Made by a program: the position numbers and the translations under genes. A stretch of DNA of 64,000 nucleotides from Spirochaetia bacterium. GTDB taxonomy: Bacteria; Spirochaetota; Spirochaetia; CAKZLE01. The notes under the pieces were generated by a model. That model was not told the origin of the DNA. It did not search any database and saw only the letters and a list, made by a program, of their open reading frames with translations. Shown piece by piece: positions 38,033 through 46,237 of the stretch. The stretch's first letter is position 1, and each line of letters opens with the position of its first letter. The stretch covers positions 3,488,001-3,552,000 of the forward strand of contig OY782041.1 of assembly GCA_963677595.1 (NCBI GenBank), given 5' to 3'.

Positions 38033-38731
38033 TCAGTGGGAAGCTCCCTTCCTGTTCTCCCATTTCGTCGCTGCCACGAAGAGGCATCCGATGATCAGGA
38101 GCTGTACGACGATAGCACCTATCCAGCCGAAGACATCCGGCAGGAATATTGCTTTCCCTTCGAGCATGAAGTTCAGTTTCCACCACCCGAAATCATGGGC
38201 GCCCCAGAGGGAACCTACGATGAAGAAGAAGAGGGAGAGGATCTGCATGATGAATCCTTCCCCGACCCTCATGAGTGTACCTGACGCACAGCCGCCGGCT
38301 ATGACCATCCCGATACCGAACATGAACGCACCTGCGGCAGTCGCGAAACTGACCGGTACGACGTAGCTCTGCCCCGGGATCGGCTGTCCGTTGAGGAACG
38401 CACCGTACTTGATCGCCCAGAAACCGAGGGAGGTGAGGGCGAACGCGATAAGGACCGCTCTGGTGACAGTCGTACTGCCAGTCAGGGAGGGGTCCCTCAT
38501 CGATGCGGTGAAACAGAACCGTGCACGCTGCAGGATGAATCCGAATGACGTACCCGTCAGCCAGAAGACAGCAAGCAGTGCGGATGTCCTTGCCAGAAGG
38601 ATCGCTACCACCACGACCAGCACGAACAGTATCGCGGCATGGGGCAGGAGATTCTTCTTTTTCTTTCTTTGTCTAGTACTAGACCTGGAACTACGCTGGA
38701 TAGTCGATCCAGCGGCCTGGTTTTCGCTCAT
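38033..38731 (-). CDS. YeeE/YedE sulfur-transporter N-terminal half
   Basis: GFILQRARFCF and GMVIAGGCASGTLMRVGEG (two conserved Cys). Confidence 0.88.
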   Translation of the reverse strand: MSENQAAGSTIQRSSRSSTRQRKKKKNLLPHAAILFVLVVVVAILLARTSALLAVFWLTGTSFGFILQRARFCFTASMRDPSLTGSTTVTRAVLIAFALTSLGFWAIKYGAFLNGQPIPGQSYVVPVSFATAAGAFMFGIGMVIAGGCASGTLMRVGEGFIMQILSLFFFIVGSLWGAHDFGWWKLNFMLEGKAIFLPDVFGWIGAIVVQLLIIGCLFVAATKWENRKGASH

Positions 38732-38800
38732 CTAGTCCAATCCTCCATATTTTATCGTGTTTTTCTGTAATATCCATCACAGAATCTATAACTTACTGGG

Positions 38801-38896
38801 ATTATAAGCTAAGGGTTTATAAAAATCAATTAAAAATGAGAATCATTATTAAAAAAAGTTAATCATGGTATATATAGATATTAGTATGCACTAATA
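38801..38896 (-). promoter_or_regulatory. Sulfur-operon sigma70 promoter with an adjacent Fur-like box and a 7-4-7 palindrome
   Basis: TTGATT (38829-24)-17 nt-TATAAT (38806-01); AAAAATGAGAATCATTATT (38832-50); TATTAGT-atgc-ACTAATA (38879-96). Confidence 0.65.
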
Positions 38897-39053
38897 AATT
38901 ATTAAAGTTTATATAATGTGAATATAGGAATATTAAATAACCTAAAAACGTCGTTCTGGCAAGATTCTGTTTGCGTTCAGACTAACTCTATAGTATAACT
39001 GTAGTAGGGAGACATAGTGTACAGTACGCGATAATCTAAACCAGGGGGACTCT

Positions 39054-40208
39054 ATGAAAAGAAGTGTATTAGTGGTATTGGTCTTGCTGCTCAGCATGGG
39101 GATTGCCTTTGCTGATGAGTATGAGGGGATCTATGATCTCATCGTACCGACGAATTATGGTTTCCTGACGATCAATGGGGGACTTGGAAGTGCAGGGGGG
39201 ACCTCTGCAAGTCTCTACAACCAGCAGAACCTCATCGAGGTGAATGCCGCGACAGGGACGTTCACCTTCAATGTCGATGCGAACGGCAACTACTCCTATT
39301 ACAACCAGGATGAGACCACAGAGCTGGATCTCGATGCTGCCGGGAGCGTGATGGTGGGGACCACCAACGGCATCAGTTTTACACCGCAGGGAGACTATAC
39401 CTCCTATGGCCTCGATATAAACGGGCTCAAGGGGTTCTGGACCGCCGGCGGATGGGCTAACGTCAATGCCTCCACGACGAGTTTCACCTTCTCGCTCTTC
39501 CCGACTGCCGGTATCGGTCTCGGACGGCAGTACAACATTGCCAACATCTATCGGGCGAAGCTCATGATGGAGTACCTCGGGGTCACCCCGACACCGGAGA
39601 AGGTGAAGGCAGTGGTCACGGTATTCGAGAACTGGCCGGTCATCAGCAGTCGGTTCACGGAAGACTACAGCAAGGACGTACGTGAGTACTGGCAGAAGAT
39701 GGCTGATGCCATGGGAATCCCGAACCGGGTCGCAGATGTCATGACGATCAATAACTCCCAGCTCTATGCTTATGAACGGGCACGGACTACCGGGATGGAA
39801 TACGGCTGGCAGGCTATGCTGAGGGCGAACCTGCAGCTCGAGAAATTCACGACCTTCTCCTTCGGCGGGTCGGCAGGACCGGTCGCCTCGATCGCCGGGT
39901 TCGTCATGGATGACGCACTCTATTATGAGGCAGATGCAGATGCTTCGGTCACCTACTCATCTTCTACCGTCGGACTCAATGCCAATGCCGGCGGGGAGGT
40001 CATATTCCTCCCTGATGACTACCATTGGTGGGTAGAGGCGATTGCAGATATCAACCTGAATATCATACCGACCTTTGCGCTCGGGTTCGACGTCTCCGGT
40101 GCCGGGCATTACCTGCTCAATCCGAACTTCGAGACCTATGCAGGTCTCAGGCTTGATGACACAGCCGGGTTCACGATCTTCGCCGGCGGCGAGATCAGGA
40201 TCTGGTAG
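39054..40208 (+). CDS. Hypothetical exported protein, probable outer-membrane beta-barrel
   Basis: Signal peptide (IAFA-D), Gly/aromatic-rich beta strands around a helical insert, C-terminal EIRIW. Confidence 0.6.
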   Translation: MKRSVLVVLVLLLSMGIAFADEYEGIYDLIVPTNYGFLTINGGLGSAGGTSASLYNQQNLIEVNAATGTFTFNVDANGNYSYYNQDETTELDLDAAGSVMVGTTNGISFTPQGDYTSYGLDINGLKGFWTAGGWANVNASTTSFTFSLFPTAGIGLGRQYNIANIYRAKLMMEYLGVTPTPEKVKAVVTVFENWPVISSRFTEDYSKDVREYWQKMADAMGIPNRVADVMTINNSQLYAYERARTTGMEYGWQAMLRANLQLEKFTTFSFGGSAGPVASIAGFVMDDALYYEADADASVTYSSSTVGLNANAGGEVIFLPDDYHWWVEAIADINLNIIPTFALGFDVSGAGHYLLNPNFETYAGLRLDDTAGFTIFAGGEIRIW

Positions 40209-40217
40209 CATACGAAG

Positions 40218-40243
40218 ACAGCCTCCGCGATCGCGGAGGCTGT
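40218..40243. terminator. Perfect 26-bp palindrome between convergent genes (probable bidirectional terminator)
   Basis: ACAGCCTCCGCGA/TCGCGGAGGCTGT. Confidence 0.7.
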
Positions 40244-40266
40244 TCTGTACACGTGGTGTCCCTGTC

Positions 40267-40794
40267 CTAGATCGATGAATCAGGCCGTACCTGCCTGTTA
40301 AAAGCTACCAGGTGGCGTTCCGATCCCCGGAGTAGCCGTTCGTAGGTATCTTTCACGTCACTCGGGAGGCTGCTGCCCAGCAGGTCCTCCAAGTCCTTTA
40401 TATCGAGCTCCTCGATCATGATCCCTACCTCTATCGCGTCTGCCGCGGAGGTCGTCCCCTTGGCGACGAGGTCGTCGTAGAGCTGCTGCAGGTGCGCGTC
40501 GGTGAAGACGCCAATATAGTCAACGGTGATCGGGTCAGTCAGCCCATACCGGTCGATGATGACACCCATCGCATCCATGTGCTGCTGCTCGCTTCCTGCG
40601 ATGTTCTTGAAGGTGTTGATCTTCCAGGTATCATATAAGGTGAGGTAGACGTCCCGAGCGAGCTTCTCCTCTTCCCGCATGAGCAGGATCCCGTCTTCTT
40701 CGGCTGCCGAGAGTGTCTCTGCGGCAAAGAGTGCGCTTGGGATCAGCATCAGGCTGATCAGTACTATCATCATGCTTTTGGTTCTTGTATTCAT
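40267..40794 (-). CDS. DUF2202 ferritin-like exported protein
   Basis: Signal peptide, MREEEKLARDVY, SEQQHM, IEELDI and GSERHL. Confidence 0.85.
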   Translation of the reverse strand: MNTRTKSMMIVLISLMLIPSALFAAETLSAAEEDGILLMREEEKLARDVYLTLYDTWKINTFKNIAGSEQQHMDAMGVIIDRYGLTDPITVDYIGVFTDAHLQQLYDDLVAKGTTSAADAIEVGIMIEELDIKDLEDLLGSSLPSDVKDTYERLLRGSERHLVAFNRQVRPDSSI

Positions 40795-40922
40795 GGTTAT
40801 CCTCCATCTGTTCTCTCTTGATGTTCTGAATATACCCTATGACGGTTAAGATAATGGTATATGGAATATTGAGATTTCTCAATATGTTGCCTTTCTCTTC
40901 CCCTGCAGGTACAATGGGAACC

Positions 40923-41441
40923 ATGAAGATGGAACTGCGTGAACTCGACGAGGATGGTTTCGAAGACCTGCTGAAAATCTACCGGGAGACGTCCCAATGG
41001 CTGACGAGCAAGGGGTATGCCATGTGGAACCCGATCTATATCGCGGACAGGGGGACTTTCATCGCGAAATACCTCGATCCCCGGTGTTTCGGCCTCTATA
41101 TCGATGATGACCTCGCAGGCGGGTTCATCATCAAGAGCCGGGAGGACTTCTTCTGGAGTGATGACTTGGATAGAAACTGCTGGTATGTCCACAAGCTGGT
41201 CGTGGACCGCAACTACAGCGGTATGGGACTGGCTGACATCATGCTGCAGTGGATCCTTGCCGCGTCGGTGGAGGAGCGCATCGAGAGCGTCCGGCTCGAG
41301 TGCTATGCGGACCGGAAACCCCTCATAGAACTCTACGAGAGGAACGGCTTCGAGCTCAAGGAGGTCGAGACGATGGACGATGGTGTCCACATAGCGCTCT
41401 TGTTCCATGACAACACAGAGGTGATCGATGCGACTGAATGA
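40923..41441 (+). CDS. GNAT acetyltransferase
   Basis: YVHKLVV..YSGMGLA...RLEC...LYERNGF. TTGCCT-17-TACAAT ends 7 nt before the ATG. Confidence 0.85.
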   Translation: MKMELRELDEDGFEDLLKIYRETSQWLTSKGYAMWNPIYIADRGTFIAKYLDPRCFGLYIDDDLAGGFIIKSREDFFWSDDLDRNCWYVHKLVVDRNYSGMGLADIMLQWILAASVEERIESVRLECYADRKPLIELYERNGFELKEVETMDDGVHIALLFHDNTEVIDATE

Positions 41442-42171
41442 GATCATACTCACCCATTTCAAGGAGAAGGCTGCCTTCTCCATCATAGAGGAGATCCATC
41501 TCGGCCTCGGCTATTCGGTGGTAACCCTGACAGACGGGCGTTGCGGGTTGTGCCATACCTGGATCGATTCGAAGGATAGCTGCACCCTCTTCAAGGAGCA
41601 GGCCGACTTCGAGGGCGGGAGCGCATTAGAGTTGCTGCAGATGATCCACAGCGAGAACCACATCACACGCAGTGCAGTCATCGCCCTGGTCAACGCACTC
41701 AACCAGGGACAAGCTGCCTCCTTCCCCGACGATACCGGGACCCTGTTCGAGGACCTGGGCCTTAGACCAGGCAGTAGGCTTGCCATGGTGGGCTATTTCG
41801 CACCGGTGGTCAGGCGGCTGCAGCAGGCTGGTATCGAAGTGAAGGCCCATGATATCGGGAAGGGGGTAGGCGACCCTGATGAGTTCTACGGCTGGGCACG
41901 GAAGAGGGCAGATGCGATGATCCTTACCGTCACGAGTGTCATCAACAACAGTATCGAAGGAGTGTTCTCCTCGATGGGGTATCAGGAGATCCCGACAGCC
42001 GTCATGGGGCCGTCAACGATCATGGCCCCGGAGCTGTATGACCACCTTCCAGTCACCGTTCTTGCCGGTACGCTCCCCCTCGATACTCCAGGGGTGCTGA
42101 AAGCGATCAGGAACGGGAAGGGGACACCTGAACTGCTCAAGTTCTCAAAGAAGGTCTACTGGAAGCGATGA
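41428..42171 (+). CDS. DUF364/DUF4213 Rossmann-like putative metal-chelation protein
   Basis: IHLGLGYSVV, ALVNAL, AMVGYFAP, SVINNSI and MGPST pattern. Confidence 0.7.
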   Translation: MRLNEIILTHFKEKAAFSIIEEIHLGLGYSVVTLTDGRCGLCHTWIDSKDSCTLFKEQADFEGGSALELLQMIHSENHITRSAVIALVNALNQGQAASFPDDTGTLFEDLGLRPGSRLAMVGYFAPVVRRLQQAGIEVKAHDIGKGVGDPDEFYGWARKRADAMILTVTSVINNSIEGVFSSMGYQEIPTAVMGPSTIMAPELYDHLPVTVLAGTLPLDTPGVLKAIRNGKGTPELLKFSKKVYWKR

Positions 42172-42899
42172 TCATCGATGCCCATGTCCATGTAGAACTG
42201 TATGCCGACAAGGAAGATGCGATTCGGAGGATCGAGGCCCATGCCATCGAGACCTTCGCCGTCTCGATGGATCCTGCTTCCTACCGTGAGATCCAGGGAT
42301 TGGCAGGCAGGTGCGACCTGATCATCCCCTCTTTCGGGATCCATCCCTGGCATGCCCACCGCTATCGTGACAGGCTCGATGAGCTGGATGAGTACTGCCG
42401 GAGCGCCCCCATGCTCGGGGAAGTGGGGCTGGACTACTGCTGGGCAGAGAAGGAACATTTCCCTTCGCAGAAGCCGGTCTTCGCATACTTCTGCAGGGAG
42501 GCATCGCGTTCCGGGAAGCTTCTGAACATACACACCAAGGATGCCGAGGAGGAGGTGCTCGGCATCCTGAAGGAACACAACGTACCGCGGGCCCTCATCC
42601 ACTGGTATGCCGGACCCCATTCCCTGGTTCCTGCATACCTTGATCTTGGGTGCTATTTCACCCTGAGCGTGAGCATCCTGGGTGACCGGTATGGCTCTGA
42701 TCTCACAAAGATCATACCCCCGGACCGGGTCCTCCTTGAGACGGATAATCCCGGGGGCTATGACTGGCTCTACGGCAGGCAGGGACGCCCGGAAGATATC
42801 CTGGCGGTGTATGAGAAGGCAGCGGAGCTCTACACTATGCCGACTGATGAGTTTAGGGCACAGGTTGCCGAAAACCGGGACAGGCTGCTCACATCATAA
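42168..42899 (+). CDS. TatD-family metal-dependent hydrolase
   Basis: IDAHVH, GIHPW, GEVGLD, IHTK and LETDNP. Confidence 0.88.
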   Translation: MIIDAHVHVELYADKEDAIRRIEAHAIETFAVSMDPASYREIQGLAGRCDLIIPSFGIHPWHAHRYRDRLDELDEYCRSAPMLGEVGLDYCWAEKEHFPSQKPVFAYFCREASRSGKLLNIHTKDAEEEVLGILKEHNVPRALIHWYAGPHSLVPAYLDLGCYFTLSVSILGDRYGSDLTKIIPPDRVLLETDNPGGYDWLYGRQGRPEDILAVYEKAAELYTMPTDEFRAQVAENRDRLLTS

Positions 42900-42912
42900 A
42901 AGGAGTCTTTGC

Positions 42913-43848
42913 ATGGTATCTATTGAACGGGCGTATACGTACCTGGAGCGTCACAGCGAACCGCTGTACGCCTCCTATTTCTCTTGCAGGTTCCTAGGAG
43001 GGGACCGTGGTTCATTCCTCAATCTGCTTGCCTCCTGCCAGAATCCCGACGGGGGGTTCGGTCACGGGCTCAAGCCCGATTTCTGCCTCCCTGCTTCGTC
43101 CCCGATTGCAGTGACCAAGGCATTCCAGATGACTGAAGCCTTATCACTCCAGCCGCAGGAGATGACTTCCGGGGCTGTCGCCTACCTCGAGGACTGCTTC
43201 CTCCCTGAACGCCCAGGCTGGAAGACCGTGGGCAAGGGGGTGAACGACCACCCCCATGCACCCTGGTGGGAGTATAGGGAAGACTTCGACGGCACGGTAA
43301 TCGACCGGAGCTGGGGCAACCCGACAGCGGAACTCCTGGGGTACCTGCATGCAAACAAACAGTTTGTTCACAGACTTGATGTAGATGCACTCACCGAACA
43401 TGCGGTTGACCGGCTTGTTGCCTCCCCTGACATGGCCTCGGAACATGAGGCGTTCTGCTTCATCAGCCTCTACGACCATGCGGAGGAAGAGCAGCGGAAG
43501 AGGATGCGCCCGGTCCTGCTCGATATCATCAGGCGTCAGGTGACCCTCGACCCCTTAACATGGGGAGACTACGTTCCCCGACCACTCGATTTCATCAGCA
43601 GCCCTGACCATGACCTCTTCAGTGCCGTGGAGGAGGGTGCGCAGGCGCACCTGGACTACATCGTCAGGACTGCTGACGAGCACGGGCTCTGGGAACCGAA
43701 CTGGTCCTGGGGGCAGGGGCAGTACGAGAAGCAGTGGGTTCAGGCGAAAGAGAACTGGAAGGCGCTGCTTGCCGTGAAGTTCTACACGATCCTTGAGCAT
43801 TTTGAGTATATGGGAGGTGACAGAGATGAACATAGGGACCATCATTGA
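42913..43848 (+). CDS. Hypothetical protein, alpha-barrel prenyltransferase/squalene-cyclase-like repeat
   Basis: QNPDGGFGHGL and PHAPWW motifs. AGGAG SD before ATG 42913. Confidence 0.6.
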   Translation: MVSIERAYTYLERHSEPLYASYFSCRFLGGDRGSFLNLLASCQNPDGGFGHGLKPDFCLPASSPIAVTKAFQMTEALSLQPQEMTSGAVAYLEDCFLPERPGWKTVGKGVNDHPHAPWWEYREDFDGTVIDRSWGNPTAELLGYLHANKQFVHRLDVDALTEHAVDRLVASPDMASEHEAFCFISLYDHAEEEQRKRMRPVLLDIIRRQVTLDPLTWGDYVPRPLDFISSPDHDLFSAVEEGAQAHLDYIVRTADEHGLWEPNWSWGQGQYEKQWVQAKENWKALLAVKFYTILEHFEYMGGDRDEHRDHH

Positions 43849-44059
43849 GGATCACGGGACACAGGCTGTTCTCTTGCCGGCTGACACCCGGTTCCCGGAC
43901 CATGTGAAGCAGGTAAACGTTCGTGTAGTGGGGAATGCACGGGCACTCGAACCCCTGCACAGCACATGGGATAGTTTCTTCCATCCAACAGACGCAGGTG
44001 TCACCGATGACTTCATGGAAGACCGGGAACCTGAATCACATCTCAGTTCCGGTTCATGA
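43826..44059 (+). CDS. vapB: VapB-like (AbrB/MazE fold) antitoxin, orphan
   Basis: TQAVLLP..FPDHVKQV..VGNAR...TWDSFF...VTDDFMEDRE resembles enterobacterial VapB/VagC. GGAGG SD. Confidence 0.7.
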   Translation: MNIGTIIEDHGTQAVLLPADTRFPDHVKQVNVRVVGNARALEPLHSTWDSFFHPTDAGVTDDFMEDREPESHLSSGS

Positions 44060-44894
44060 TGAAGGCGAACTGGGACGCGAGCTTCAATGACTCGTTCGGG
44101 ACATGGAGCTTGAAGAGGGTCCTCTTCCCCCGCAAGATCCTCAGGTCACCAGTCGTCCCGCGGTCCTCGCAGGCGAACCTGAGTGTCTCATCCCCTTCGA
44201 TGTAGTTCATCTGCAGCCCGTAGTCGTCCGGGTTCTTCGAGATGTGGGCCTCCTCGTTGAGGAGGATGATCTCATGCTCTGTCTTCACGATCAGGTAGGG
44301 CGTGTAATAGTGCCGCGACTGGAAGTGGGACCTGATCCCTGTCTGCTCCGAACTCTTCTGGTAGTAGATGAGCTCCTTTCCGTGCCCGTCCGGCAGGATG
44401 GCAGAGAGGTAGTTGTACATCTTCAGGTTCTTGTGGAAGAGCATCTCCCTGATGGACCCTTCACCTTCGAGCAGGGTCTTGGTAAGCCCGTCATCGATGG
44501 TGAACTCAGGTGAGTGGTCCCTGATGTACTCACGGTAGGCCTTCACGAAGGGCAGAAGGTAGGAGTCCCTGGTCAGGTTGTACTCGACCCGGTAGTTCCT
44601 GTCGGCTGTCATGAGCATGAACTTCCCGAGCAGCAGGACGTTCAGGTGCCTGCAGGCGATGATATCCCCGAAGGGGATGACCATCCTCCTGGTCTTGTCC
44701 GCATAGAGGAACCCCCCATCGGTCAGTGCCATGATAACGCTTCGCCGTTTGAAGAGACTGAACTGCTGGGAGGGGAAGAACACCAGGTGCCGGTAGTTCA
44801 GTCCTGTCAATGCATCATCGACCCAGGATTCCGGAGACCGTTCGGTTTTTGTCAGCAGTAACGGCCAACCTGCCATCGTATCAACTGATCCCAT
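44043..44894 (-). CDS. Hypothetical protein
   Basis: 283-aa ORF with GAGGAGG SD and an upstream TGGTATAAT. Codon pattern matches neighbouring genes. Confidence 0.65.
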   Translation of the reverse strand: MGSVDTMAGWPLLLTKTERSPESWVDDALTGLNYRHLVFFPSQQFSLFKRRSVIMALTDGGFLYADKTRRMVIPFGDIIACRHLNVLLLGKFMLMTADRNYRVEYNLTRDSYLLPFVKAYREYIRDHSPEFTIDDGLTKTLLEGEGSIREMLFHKNLKMYNYLSAILPDGHGKELIYYQKSSEQTGIRSHFQSRHYYTPYLIVKTEHEIILLNEEAHISKNPDDYGLQMNYIEGDETLRFACEDRGTTGDLRILRGKRTLFKLHVPNESLKLASQFAFIMNRN

Positions 44895-45079
44895 GATAGA
44901 TCCTCCTCGTTTGATACTGGTTACGTACTGGTTCACATGTGTCTGTCTCTACCTGTATTATACCACCGGGCTGGTGAGCTTTACAGGGTTGGGACACGAT
45001 TTAATGGCGGGAGCCAGTGTCCTCTGTAGTCAAGGATTGTTGAATTTGGAACCTGAGAAGATTTGTTTGAGATACCTGC

Positions 45080-45125
45080 TTGACAAAACTAGGTTTCATG
45101 GTAAAATTACGTAAACGCTTACGTA
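45080..45125 (+). promoter_or_regulatory. lacI-family promoter with an autoregulatory operator
   Basis: TTGACA (45080-85)-16 nt-TAAAAT (45102-07, extended TG). Operator TACGTAAACGCTTACGTA (45108-25). Confidence 0.75.
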
Positions 45126-45153
45126 TCGTTTGAGAAGAACAGTTGGAGCAGGA

Positions 45154-46149
45154 ATGGCAATTAATATATCGGATGTGGCAAAACATGCAGGTGTCTCTAT
45201 AGCGACGGTCTCGCGTATCATAAACAACCTGCCGGGATACTCCGATAAAACCAGGGTCAAGGTGGAGAAGGCGATAGCCGAACTCGGGTACAAACCCAAC
45301 GCCATGGCTCGCGGGCTGGTGAGCAACAAGACAAATACCATCGGGGTCCTCCTTCCCTGTGTCACCGGGAGGTTCTCCTCCGAACTGCTGCGCGGTATCG
45401 AGAAGATAGCCCATGCAAAAGGCTACAGTGTCATTATCTGCAATACCGATGCAAACGGTGAGCGGACTATGTCCTACCTGCGTACATTGAGCGAGAAGCG
45501 TGTGGAAGGTATCCTGTTTATCAGCGAGTGGGTAACCGAAGAGTACGGTGAGTACCTGTCAGGACTCGATATCCCCGTTGTACTGGTTGCTACCCATTCA
45601 CCGAAATATGGGTTCCCGACCGTCAGGGTCGATGATTTTGCTGCAGCCTACACCGCGACAAGTTATCTGATAAGCTGCGGGCATACGCGTATCGGGATGA
45701 TCTCAGGATCGGAACACGATCGGATCGCAGGTGCCCCGCGTATCGAAGGCTACAAGAAAGCCCTCATGGATGCGGGAATCGACGTGGCCCCATCGTATAT
45801 AGCCTACGGTGATTTCCATTTTGAGAGCGGGATAGCTGCCATGGCGGTCCTGGATGCACGGGGATTGGGACTGACTGCCGTCTTTGCGGCTTCTGATGAG
45901 ATGGCTTCCGGGGCCATTACCTACCTGCACCGGTCAGGACGGCAGCTGCCTGATGACCTGTCAGTCATCGGCTATGACGATACCCTGGATGCCGTCATGT
46001 GCTATCCGTCCCTGACGACGCTGCACCAGCCGATCGAGGAGATGGGGGAATGTGCCATGGACCTGATCTGCAGGGGGATCACCGGAAGGCAGGATATGGT
46101 CCTGGACCATTATATGGTTGAGCGTGACTCCGTGAGGATCATCAAGTAG
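45154..46149 (+). CDS. LacI-family transcriptional regulator
   Basis: ISDVAKHAGVSIATVSR, YKPNAMARGL hinge and DLSVIGYDD. Confidence 0.93.
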   Translation: MAINISDVAKHAGVSIATVSRIINNLPGYSDKTRVKVEKAIAELGYKPNAMARGLVSNKTNTIGVLLPCVTGRFSSELLRGIEKIAHAKGYSVIICNTDANGERTMSYLRTLSEKRVEGILFISEWVTEEYGEYLSGLDIPVVLVATHSPKYGFPTVRVDDFAAAYTATSYLISCGHTRIGMISGSEHDRIAGAPRIEGYKKALMDAGIDVAPSYIAYGDFHFESGIAAMAVLDARGLGLTAVFAASDEMASGAITYLHRSGRQLPDDLSVIGYDDTLDAVMCYPSLTTLHQPIEEMGECAMDLICRGITGRQDMVLDHYMVERDSVRIIK

Positions 46150-46185
46150 CCTTTGAACGAAAAACTGTGTTTTTTTACCGTGCTA

Positions 46186-46212
46186 CGTAAGCGTTTACGG
46201 TAAACGCTTACG
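46186..46212. promoter_or_regulatory. Double LacI operator forming a 27-bp inverted repeat
   Basis: CGTAAGCGTTTAC-G-GTAAACGCTTACG, with the same core as 45108-45125. Confidence 0.8.
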
Positions 46213-46237
46213 CAATAGAGGGAATTATGACAAGGAG

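Noticed and set aside
33766-38731. Possible selenocysteine (UGA read-through) in the YeeE/TusA/rhodanese/TrxR cluster
   Set aside because: All catalytic positions are ordinary Cys codons. The TGA ending the YeeE N-half is at a natural C-terminus and is followed by a new SD and start.
40797-41486. 229-aa minus-strand ORF apparently upstream of DUF2202
   Set aside because: It is antisense to a clear GNAT gene that has its own promoter.
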